DNA of 28,167 nt from Nitrospirota bacterium. Its GTDB lineage: Bacteria > Nitrospirota > UBA9217. Shown one piece after another: positions 15,746-23,705 of this stretch. Made by a program: the position numbers and the translations under genes. The notes beneath the pieces are model-generated. The model was given only the letters and a program-made list of their open reading frames with translations. It was not told the origin of the DNA and searched no databases. Position 1 is the first letter of the stretch, and each line of letters starts with the position of its first letter. The stretch lies in the NCBI GenBank assembly GCA_035623825.1, contig DASPSR010000023.1, forward strand, positions 1 through 28,167. Direction: 5' to 3'.

Positions 15746-16927
15746 CTAGCCGAACGTGAAAACCAGAGCATGGACGCCGGGATCGAGGAATTCGATCTCG
15801 AATGTTCTGTCTACAATCGGACCTTTTTGCCGGATGAGCTGATAGAGTCGAGGCTCCCGAACCTCGCCGCTTCCGTCAGGAGCCGTATCGACTCCGCAAT
15901 TCTCACCGGGAGCACTACCATCCAACTTTACTATAAAGCGTACTGGCTTGCCGTCCTTCATCGGAGCCAACACCAGGTGCAGGTCGCGGCTGTGAAACCG
16001 GAACACAATCCTCCCGTGCGCTGCCTGGAGCACGGCACTCTCGGCGTTGAGGTTCCATGATCCACTCAAGCCCCAATGGTTTAATGATAGTTTCGCAGGC
16101 GCGCTATATACCTTGGTGGAATCTCTGGCCAATCGTTCGGGCGATGCAAAATTCTCGGCCTGTCGATATCCGATATACGTTTCCGGAGATCGTGCTGCTT
16201 CGAAGTCTGGCGCGGCCTCGATTCCAACAGCGGAAACGCTAATCGTGCCCCCATTGAGGGCTGTGGCTCCGTTTTCCTTCAGGAGTTCCCGGATGAGGTG
16301 CTCAATGTCGCCATAATCGCCTTCTCCAAAGTGGTGATACCGAATTTGCCCTTTCGCGTCGACAAGATACTGGGCGGGCCAATATTCGTTATTGAATGCA
16401 TCCCAGATTCTGTGATTACTGTCGATTGCGACAGGATAGCTAACCTTCAATTCGCGTGTAGCGTTTTGCACGTTCCCAGGTTCTTTCTCAAATGAGAATT
16501 CAGGACTATGAACCCCTATGACGACAAGCCCCGACTCCCTATATTTGGTCGCCCAGGCTTTCACGTAGGGCAGAGGCCGAAGAGAGTTGATACAGGTGTA
16601 GGTCCAAAAATCGATCAACACGATTTTTCCATACAGAGACTGCTTGCTCAAAGGAGAGGAATTAAGCCAGCCAACTGCTCCATTCAAGTCAGGCATGGGA
16701 CCTTCGTTGCCGAGTGAAGCGTGAAATCTGCCGCCTGATGGCGAAAGATCAGCCTTTTGCGGATGGAATGGACTGATCGAACTATCTTTCGCTTTTGCCG
16801 TATTCACGATGGAAAACCTCGTTATCGGATTCGAGTCCCAACACAAAGTAAAGATGACGGCTGCCATGATCACAGTCACGCCAAGCGCGCGACGGGCCCA
16901 CACCAGAATCGACGAAGATCGCTTCAT
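15746..16927 (-). CDS. DipZ-like thioredoxin-fold protein (TlpA domain plus DipZ C-terminal domain), CxxS variant
   Basis: IDFWTYTCINS, GVHSPEFSFEK, NEYWPA, HFGEGDY, SPETYIGY, PRLYQLIRQ and VFTFG. It lacks the CcdA-like membrane domain of full DipZ. Confidence 0.87.
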   Translation of the reverse strand: MKRSSSILVWARRALGVTVIMAAVIFTLCWDSNPITRFSIVNTAKAKDSSISPFHPQKADLSPSGGRFHASLGNEGPMPDLNGAVGWLNSSPLSKQSLYGKIVLIDFWTYTCINSLRPLPYVKAWATKYRESGLVVIGVHSPEFSFEKEPGNVQNATRELKVSYPVAIDSNHRIWDAFNNEYWPAQYLVDAKGQIRYHHFGEGDYGDIEHLIRELLKENGATALNGGTISVSAVGIEAAPDFEAARSPETYIGYRQAENFASPERLARDSTKVYSAPAKLSLNHWGLSGSWNLNAESAVLQAAHGRIVFRFHSRDLHLVLAPMKDGKPVRFIVKLDGSAPGENCGVDTAPDGSGEVREPRLYQLIRQKGPIVDRTFEIEFLDPGVHALVFTFG

Positions 16928-16971
16928 GGCTGAGATCTCCCTTCCTAAAGCTTATTTATTCCTATTCCGCG

Positions 16972-17421
16972 TCACCGCCTCACCACTAGGATCGGGATTT
17001 TTGTGTCCTTGTGGATTACTCCATAGGTGACACTTCCGAGCACCGCTGCCGCTAAAGCGCTTTCCCCATGGGAACCCATAACAATAAGACTAGCCTTTGA
17101 CCTTTCAGCTTCTTTCACAATATCCTCGACAGGATGCCCTGTTGTGATAACCGTCTTTGATCGAACACCTTTTTTTTCGCACAGCTTTCTTATCTCTCCG
17201 TTATACTCTTCGGCAGCCTCCCTAAGATAATCCTCGACAGACTCCGCTACATGCATCGGGGTCGACCTGGCAGGAACTGTTTGACTTATCAAGGAGTGTT
17301 TATCAATAACGCTCAAGACAATTATTGAGGCATGTAACCGTTTTGCGAGGTCAACCGCAAACCTGGCTGCCTTTTGAGCTGTCTTTGAACCGTCTGTCGG
17401 CACAAGAATTCTTAAAGTCAT
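16972..17421 (-). CDS. Universal stress protein (UspA family)
   Basis: ILVPTDGS, LIVMGSHG and LGSVT. ATG at 17421 follows GGAGGGG. Confidence 0.92.
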   Translation of the reverse strand: MTLRILVPTDGSKTAQKAARFAVDLAKRLHASIIVLSVIDKHSLISQTVPARSTPMHVAESVEDYLREAAEEYNGEIRKLCEKKGVRSKTVITTGHPVEDIVKEAERSKASLIVMGSHGESALAAAVLGSVTYGVIHKDTKIPILVVRR

Positions 17422-17537
17422 GATTTCCCCTCCATTCTCTTTTTTCTCGATCATTCATTCAAGCACTGCGCGATGGATTTCCTAGCCACGCCTCCCAAGA
17501 TGATGGTCTGATCCTACCGATTAGTCGCTTAGTCCTT

Positions 17538-17588
17538 TCATGTTTTCTTCTTCTTTCTGATGTTCATTCGCAGCGGAAGGGCTTTCAT
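17538..17588 (-). other. 16-codon ORF MKALPLRMNIRKKKKT directly after the riboswitch terminator
   Basis: Strong RBS CAGGAGGGG precedes the ATG at 17588; stop at 17538-17540. Confidence 0.4.
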
Positions 17589-17607
17589 CGTCCCCTCCTG
17601 TATCAAT

Positions 17608-17655
17608 AAAAAAAGCCGAGCCATGCGAAGATTTATATCCTTCGGCAGCTCGGCT
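17608..17655 (-). terminator. Riboswitch expression-platform terminator
   Basis: AGCCGAGC...CGAAG-loop-CTTCG...GCTCGGCT followed by a T run; the 5' arm overlaps the 3' end of the aptamer. Confidence 0.8.
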
Positions 17656-17715
17656 GTCTTATGATAAGATCCTAGGCTTTCCGTCCCAATCGTCGAACAG
17701 GGTTGGCTTTATCGG
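17641..17715 (-). ncRNA. GEMM-I (cyclic di-GMP-I class) riboswitch aptamer
   Basis: The minus strand reads CCGATAAAGCCAACCC...GGGACGGAAAGCCTAGGATCTTATCATAAGACAGCCGAGCTGCCGAA, with the hallmark GGGACG(G/C)AAAGCC and GACAGCCGxGxTGCCG. Confidence 0.85.
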
Positions 17716-17764
17716 GATGATTTAAGACTATTCCTATCTTTTTTTATTTCTTTCTTTTAATTCA

Positions 17765-17793
17765 TAGATAGCACAGTTCTATCTACATGTCAA
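17765..17793 (-). promoter_or_regulatory. Putative sigma70 promoter of the riboswitch transcript with an embedded inverted repeat
   Basis: TTGACA-N17-TATCTA with TG extension. TAGATAG-N7-CTATCTA (17765-17785) spans the spacer and -10. Confidence 0.55.
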
Positions 17794-17918
17794 TTTCCAG
17801 CTTTTCGCCACATATGATGTGCTAAGGTTATGCACAGAAATGTACTATATTGAAACAATCAGTCTACAAGTGTCTCGTAACATACATCTATCTAATCAGA
17901 ATATTAACGATTTCGTGA

Positions 17919-17968
17919 TAGTTCTCAATTTCTGTCCTGTAGGTCCGCGGTTGATTCACATGTTAGTT
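17919..17968. repeat. Dispersed intergenic repeat, copy B (partner at 23481-23530)
   Basis: tagttctcaatttctgt...cgcgg.tgat.cac.t.ttagtt; 40 of 50 positions identical by manual alignment. Confidence 0.75.
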
Positions 17969-18143
17969 TTCATGGCAGGCGAATGTTTTTCTTAGCAACT
18001 TCTGATTGAATCTTGCATAATAACGGCGAAGTTGAGGGGGAGACTGCTCCACTATTCAGATTATGTCATACACAAAATTTGCTCGCTGCAAAGAATCATA
18101 GACCCTTAATTACGCTTTTACACAAATCAGAGTAAGCAACTGC

Positions 18144-19262
18144 TCAGAATCCATAGCCCATCTTTAGAAAAATACCATAGTTGTCTAACTTACCTTGGGC
18201 ATACTCCAGACTCGCCACGATGCCTTCCTTCGGCTTTATGATGTACTGGATCCCCGCGCCCACGTTCGGATAGAGGTCTTCAGTATCCGTGCAGCTTTTG
18301 CCGTTCCCGTAAAGGCAGGCAATGCCCGTGAAAATCGTCGCGCCCCAGCTATCAGCAAGCCGCAGCCGCTCTTCTGCCTCAATGGCAGACATGTTCTTTC
18401 CAAGATACTGCCCCATCTTGTAACCCCGCAGGACGACCGGAGCATAGGCACTCGGCGGGGCATCAACGGTCCACTGGTTGCTCTGGCGCACAGCGAGTAC
18501 CTGCCCGCCCCAATGCTCAAAGAAGGCTTTTAGGTCCAGCCGGTAAACGTCGAAATTATTGTCGCCCTCAATCCAATCGCGGTAGGCGACGTTGTTCAAA
18601 TTCATATACCAGCCCCGCGTCGGACTGAACTCGATGTCCCGGGAATCGTGCAAAACGGCCACGCCGATACCGCCGGACCTGAAACCGGTAAGTCCAAGCG
18701 TTTGCAGCATCTCTTCATCCAGGGCGTTCTGACCAATGATCTCGTAGTTCGTTAATATCCCCTGCAAGCCCGCGAACCAGTCGTCATAAACGCGGTACAG
18801 ATAGCGTCCGACCAGAGCTTGGAGATGGTCTTCGGACTTGAGAGGCTTGCCGGTGCCGAGGAAATCATCATAGTCGTTTTTGATGAGGCCCGTAGGGGCG
18901 ACGACAAGAAGACGATGATGGTCGGCGCTCCACGATGCCTTACTGACGATGCCAACAATGGCTGAATTCGTCGAGGTATACTGAGCATTCACGCCGAACA
19001 TAGACACCTGCGACTGCTCGTCGAAATAATGCATATAGGCGGCCAGGAACCCGAGAGAGGTACCGAGCTTCGGGTTCGACGAGAACGTAGGAACTAGCAG
19101 CCATGGCGATTCCTTTTTTCCCTCAGTGGTAGTCGTTGCAGATACCATTGCCGGAGCGGTTTTTGGAGACGCCACCTCTGGTACGTCGGCAGCGAACATC
19201 TGAGAAGGAGCGAACATCATTGCTGTGAATAATAACAGTAATAGATCCGCTGATTGTTTCAT
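18144..19262 (-). CDS. BamA/TamA (Omp85)-like outer-membrane beta-barrel protein without POTRA domains
   Basis: Signal peptide; LLVPTFSSNPKLGT, HDSRD..SPTRG, LRGYKMGQY and C-terminal GYGF beta-signal. Confidence 0.78.
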   Translation of the reverse strand: MKQSADLLLLLFTAMMFAPSQMFAADVPEVASPKTAPAMVSATTTTEGKKESPWLLVPTFSSNPKLGTSLGFLAAYMHYFDEQSQVSMFGVNAQYTSTNSAIVGIVSKASWSADHHRLLVVAPTGLIKNDYDDFLGTGKPLKSEDHLQALVGRYLYRVYDDWFAGLQGILTNYEIIGQNALDEEMLQTLGLTGFRSGGIGVAVLHDSRDIEFSPTRGWYMNLNNVAYRDWIEGDNNFDVYRLDLKAFFEHWGGQVLAVRQSNQWTVDAPPSAYAPVVLRGYKMGQYLGKNMSAIEAEERLRLADSWGATIFTGIACLYGNGKSCTDTEDLYPNVGAGIQYIIKPKEGIVASLEYAQGKLDNYGIFLKMGYGF

Positions 19263-19644
19263 TGTGAGCTCAACCTTCGTCTTGATCGAAATTACTTCAC
19301 AGTCATCTTGATCAGGTGCAAATAGCGCATTGCCAACTAAACCAAATTATAACATATAATGATAGATGCCATTTGATACTTTATGAAGTTCTAGAAAATA
19401 GAAAATCCAGTTCAGGAAGACAACACCGATAAGAACTTCTACACGAAACATGAAAAGTTTAGGAGGATGGAAACCTCAACACTTTCAGAAGGAAGTATTG
19501 ATATATGGAAGAACCGCAATAACAAATGTTTCAGGATGGAACAAACACCTTTAACTCTCGACCACCTACGCAAGAATAGACACACGACCCTTTTATAAAC
19601 ATTTCTTCTTCTATGATTATGACATTATTGTGCGCGATAGCGGC

Positions 19645-19983
19645 CTATTCCGAAGAGGTGTTCCGCTTTTTCTTCTTGTGTGTTTTTTCAATATCACTTC
19701 GAGTGGTAGAAAAGCCGAGGGGATCCAGTGATTCCTCCCGCTTGACAAGAGCCATGAAATCGCACATCGTGCAGTCTTTCAGCTTTTTCGCATACGTACC
19801 CTGAACCGTGCCGCCGCAGAATGTGCCCACCACCGCCCAGCATACTCTCCCCGCTCCAATCCCCCCATGGGCGCCGTCCAGGTCTTCGTCGAGGGTCACC
19901 GGGCAGATTCCGAGCTCCCCCTCCTTCTCCCCTCCGGGCTGTCGTCCGCATTTCATGTATTCCCAGCAATTCAGCTTTTTCAT
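19645..19983 (-). CDS. Two-CW domain-containing protein (Cys-rich, likely metal-binding)
   Basis: NCWEYMKCGR...GICP...GRVCWAVVGTFCGG.VQG...CTMCDF; GAGGAGG RBS. Confidence 0.85.
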   Translation of the reverse strand: MKKLNCWEYMKCGRQPGGEKEGELGICPVTLDEDLDGAHGGIGAGRVCWAVVGTFCGGTVQGTYAKKLKDCTMCDFMALVKREESLDPLGFSTTRSDIEKTHKKKKRNTSSE

Positions 19984-20042
19984 GGCATCCTCCTCGTCCT
20001 ACACAGAGCAGGATTGGTTCGGATAAACTTCTTAATACTGTA

Positions 20043-20071
20043 AATATATGTCTGATGTAAGTCGATGTCAA
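20043..20071 (-). promoter_or_regulatory. Putative sigma70 promoter of the two-CW gene
   Basis: TTGACA-N17-TATATT. Confidence 0.6.
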
Positions 20072-20290
20072 TAAGGTCGTATGGTGATAGAATTGGTAGA
20101 TGATTGCAGAATCCAGGTTGATTCTTTAAGTGTTGCAAACAATGGTTACTTCAACAACTAGAGGAAGAATTATTTGTTTTTAAAGACGGCACCAAGTACT
20201 CATATGAGTAGTCCCACACTTCCAGTTAACAGGCATATCATTATTGATGGTGCGCCAAGGTTGGGCTATCTATCCGAATCCGACGATGGA

Positions 20291-20577
20291 TTAGTTCTTC
20301 TTGATAAAAAGAAAGTAACTGATGAGAATTATCATAATGCCAAATACGATAGATAGAAAAAATACAGATAGGAAGACTTGAACACCCCGAACAATCGCGC
20401 TTCTGAAGCTTTGAAAACATTTCTGCACTCAGGGCATTTCACTGTACTGAATTTCTCGAATTGGATCATGGCGTCGTAGAACCAATTCTGATCAATTGTA
20501 TATGCACGGTTTTTATCGATATCAAATGTTTTGGAGCAACGTGGGCACATCGTACATTTATTTTTTGAAGTAGTCAT
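20291..20577 (-). pseudogene. Small zinc-ribbon protein with a probably frameshifted C-terminal TM anchor
   Basis: CPRC...CPEC. Near 20365-20372 a shifted frame reads SVFFLSIVFGIMIILISYFLFIKKN* and ends at 20291, whereas the annotated frame stops at 20332. Confidence 0.5.
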
Positions 20578-20611
20578 AGATTTCGGAAGGGAACATACAA
20601 ATTCGGGTATG

Positions 20612-20636
20612 TGAAACTTTTGCGCATTTCAGGAAG
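20612..20636. repeat. Dispersed intergenic repeat, copy C (partner at 21412-21436)
   Basis: tgaaacttttgcgcatttcaggaag vs tgaaactgttgcgtctttcaggaag; 22 of 25 identical. The two copies flank the OsmC gene as direct repeats. Confidence 0.7.
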
Positions 20637-20718
20637 AAGCTCTGGCTGCGGTTACGCATATTGAATTTTCTGACGGGTGGCCCACTTTAGCAACGGTTAC
20701 GTTATATTTTAGTATTTT

Positions 20719-21231
20719 TTACCCTTTGCTGACCTTTATCTGGCCCGACACCTGAGTAGGTTTTATCAGGCTGTCCACAACGGGGCAATGGGCTATGACT
20801 TTCTCGGCGAGTTCTCGTATCTTGGTCTCATCATCAGGGCTTTCAATACTAAACGTATACTGTAGATCTTTAAATCCAGCGGACACATCATCAAGCATAA
20901 AAAACCCCCGCAGGTCGAGCGTACCTTGGACATCTACCGCCAGCGTATTGATTGTAAAACCTTCATGCATAGCAAACTCATAAAAGGCAGCCTCAATGCA
21001 TGCCGCCACGGCGGCGAGGAGAATTTCTATAGGGTTCGGCGCCTGGTTGTCTCCCCCAGCGGCCTCACCATAATCGGACTTCACAAGATGCTCACGCGCA
21101 ACTGATTCGGTATAGAGGTTTTTAATATGACGGGAGGTGACCTTCGGTTTATAAATTGCGGCCTCGGGTTTTTTTCTAAACAACTCGATTCTTCGTGCGA
21201 CTATCTCCTTGAGATTTCTTTCGCTATTCAT
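20719..21231 (-). CDS. OsmC family protein
   Basis: GGDNQAPNPIEILLAAVAAC...GTLDLRGF...HCPV with both conserved Cys. ATG at 21231 follows AAGGAG. Confidence 0.9.
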   Translation of the reverse strand: MNSERNLKEIVARRIELFRKKPEAAIYKPKVTSRHIKNLYTESVAREHLVKSDYGEAAGGDNQAPNPIEILLAAVAACIEAAFYEFAMHEGFTINTLAVDVQGTLDLRGFFMLDDVSAGFKDLQYTFSIESPDDETKIRELAEKVIAHCPVVDSLIKPTQVSGQIKVSKG

Positions 21232-21486
21232 TGACCATATCTCCTTCATGGTTATTTTAATTTATATGCAATATATCACGATGAATAGTAGTTGGGGAGA
21301 TGGCACAGCGGGTTGAGTCGGACCTATCAAGTCCGCTAAAAGTCCCGCTAACATACCAAAGTTCGCTGTCAATCGAATTATTCGAGACGGAAACATTATA
21401 ATCCCAAAAGATGAAACTGTTGCGTCTTTCAGGAAGTACTGTTGGACCTCATCATGAGCTCAGCGCCTGTTTCATCGAAATAATGG

Positions 21487-22275
21487 TCACGAACGGACGT
21501 TTTCATTAAGACGACGGGAGATGGAAAGAAGCGCATTCCTCGGAGCGACCCTCGTGCTTAATGCCACTATTTTGCTGAGCATCCCGTGTATGGCCACGGT
21601 CTTGCCTTTCATCATGGCCTCGTACCCGTAGCGCGCCACATCCAACGCCTCGGCTGGCCGCCTGATCCTGAAAAGCCTTGATTCTCCCACTGCAGCGGCT
21701 TTCACAAAACCTGTTGCTGTGGGACCGGGACAGAGAACAGTCATATTAACACCGGTGCCTTTAAGTTCGTTAGCAATTGCCTCAGAAAAGGAGAGCACGT
21801 AGGCTTTTGAAGCATAATATACGGCCATCAGCGGTCCCGGCTGAAACGCAGCTGTGGATGCCACATTCACGATCTTTCCGCTCCTTCGCTCGATCATTCC
21901 CTTTACAAAAAGCTTCGTAAGGTGCGTAAGGGCAACTATGTTGAGGGATATCATCTCTGCATCTTTCTGCCAGTCAGTCTCTGCAAATTTGCCCAAGCTC
22001 CCGATTCCTGCATTATTGATAAGGATATCCACTGAGATGTTTTCATTCTCGAGCTCCCGATAAATTTCCTCTGTCACTCCGGGCTTCGAAAGATCTTTGG
22101 CAATTGTCCTTACCGACACGTCGGCGATGCTCTCAAGTTCCTTCTTCACCTCGAGAAGTCTGTCCAAACTGCGAGCCACAAGGATGAGTACAGAGCAGTC
22201 TTTCGCCAACAGTTTCGCGAATTCATAGCCGATGCCGCCCGAAGCGCCGGTTATCAAGGCTGTCTTGTTCTGCAT
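21487..22275 (-). CDS. Short-chain dehydrogenase/reductase (classical SDR)
   Basis: TGASGGIG, NNAG, catalytic S and YYASK. Confidence 0.93.
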   Translation of the reverse strand: MQNKTALITGASGGIGYEFAKLLAKDCSVLILVARSLDRLLEVKKELESIADVSVRTIAKDLSKPGVTEEIYRELENENISVDILINNAGIGSLGKFAETDWQKDAEMISLNIVALTHLTKLFVKGMIERRSGKIVNVASTAAFQPGPLMAVYYASKAYVLSFSEAIANELKGTGVNMTVLCPGPTATGFVKAAAVGESRLFRIRRPAEALDVARYGYEAMMKGKTVAIHGMLSKIVALSTRVAPRNALLSISRRLNENVRS

Positions 22276-22514
22276 AGTAATACCTCGCTAGAAGATCGAT
22301 GGAATTCTCACTCCCGTGGGAACAGAGGGGAATATTGCCCAGCCTCATAAAGTATATCAATAATTATAGATAAAATAAAGGTTAACAGTTCTGAGAAATG
22401 TTTTGAGTTTTCTTGGTTATACTGCAGTCTTTTTCACTGCGAACTTCAACAAGAATATGTGATTTTTCAAATGGAGACTCAATGTCAAAACCACTTACAA
22501 TCACGTAGGTTTTT

Positions 22515-23228
22515 TTACTGGCCGATACTACCTTTTTCAATTAAGTTGGAAAACCGCGTGTCGACCGAGACGTCTCTTTGGACCTCCTTTCTCAAATTCC
22601 TGAATGTCGTCTTCGGCCAGACCTTAAGGTAAAAGTTAACGACCCATTTCGGGATCCACCCTTTCGGATCGCACAGGAACTCCGCGTCAACCCTGGTCTT
22701 TTTATCGTTATCGATAGAACTCAGAATAAAAATCGTGTCAATCAGTTCACCACGAATGTGTTTGGTACGTGGAGCAGAGGGATCGTCTGATGGTTGATAA
22801 CGGAAAACCATCTCCTTCTTGGACAGATCGAAGCTCATTTTGCCTATTGATACAAAATCACGATCCTTGAGGAATAATGGCATTCGAATATGGTCGTACT
22901 CAATGAAACTGTCCTTGGCTCCCCAACGGATGATCCTGGAGTCGACGAGGCCCGCTACCCATTTCCGCCGCCTGTCGGTATCAAAGATGGCTGTCGCTAC
23001 TAGGGGCAATGGTGCGTCTACAATGCCGATTCCCCGAAACGCAACTAGCCCGCTGTCCTTTACTTCCTTCCTGAAAATCTGAATCCCATCAGCAGTGTTG
23101 TCGACAGGTTGCCATTCAACCGCATGGCTAAAGTGCGGTATGAATGCAAAAAGTGCCATACATAGCCCTATCGTCCATCCAAAGCGACAACGAGAGTTGC
23201 TATGAGAGAAGTCTTTAGGTACACTCAT
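22515..23228 (-). CDS. START/SRPBCC lipid-binding domain protein, exported
   Basis: Signal peptide; W....DGIQIFRKE...FRG.G, MPLFLKDRDFV and DPKGWIPKWVVN. Confidence 0.85.
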   Translation of the reverse strand: MSVPKDFSHSNSRCRFGWTIGLCMALFAFIPHFSHAVEWQPVDNTADGIQIFRKEVKDSGLVAFRGIGIVDAPLPLVATAIFDTDRRRKWVAGLVDSRIIRWGAKDSFIEYDHIRMPLFLKDRDFVSIGKMSFDLSKKEMVFRYQPSDDPSAPRTKHIRGELIDTIFILSSIDNDKKTRVDAEFLCDPKGWIPKWVVNFYLKVWPKTTFRNLRKEVQRDVSVDTRFSNLIEKGSIGQ

Positions 23229-23480
23229 TTTAATGCATCTTGGTCTAATCTTTATTTAGGGCAAATTTTGTTCTGTGTAAAGCAATATAAACAAGGTGGC
23301 TGAGAAAAGTATCTCAGAATGAATATTCTCAGTCAAGGGTTTTCAGAGTCTTTGCGGATTATGATCGGGGATTTTATAAGTAAAATATTAAAGGATCTGA
23401 GTTGGAAACTTTCATGTTGCGTAGAATGAGAACCTCCACAACTCCAAGATGGAAAACGCATAGTTATGTTTCAACTCTGC

Positions 23481-23616
23481 TAGTTCTCAATTTCTGTGTT
23501 GTCTATGCGCGGCTGATCCACCTATTAGTTGTTAAACCGGTAAGACAATATTTCTGTGAATAACGACATGAAACATACATCTTTGCCTTTCAGCCAAGAA
23601 CAAGAACTTCAGGATG
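23481..23616. repeat. Composite of repeat modules B (23481-23530) and A (23568-23616)
   Basis: Contains both modules that occur separately at 17919 and 466. Confidence 0.7.
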
Positions 23617-23705
23617 AAGGTCTCGCTAACGTTATAATCAGAAAACCACCCCCTTGTCAGGCGTCACCTGTCTTGCATGTCTGAGGAAATTGCCTTACGG
23701 ATGGA

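Noticed and set aside
19400-19550. CRISPR array suggested by recurring ...GAAAC units
   Set aside because: The units are too degenerate and abut each other without 30-40-bp unique spacers, and there are no cas genes.
21301-21317. Sigma54 promoter (TGGCAC)
   Set aside because: No GC at the required -12 spacing. The TGGCA on the minus strand near 19330 fails in the same way.
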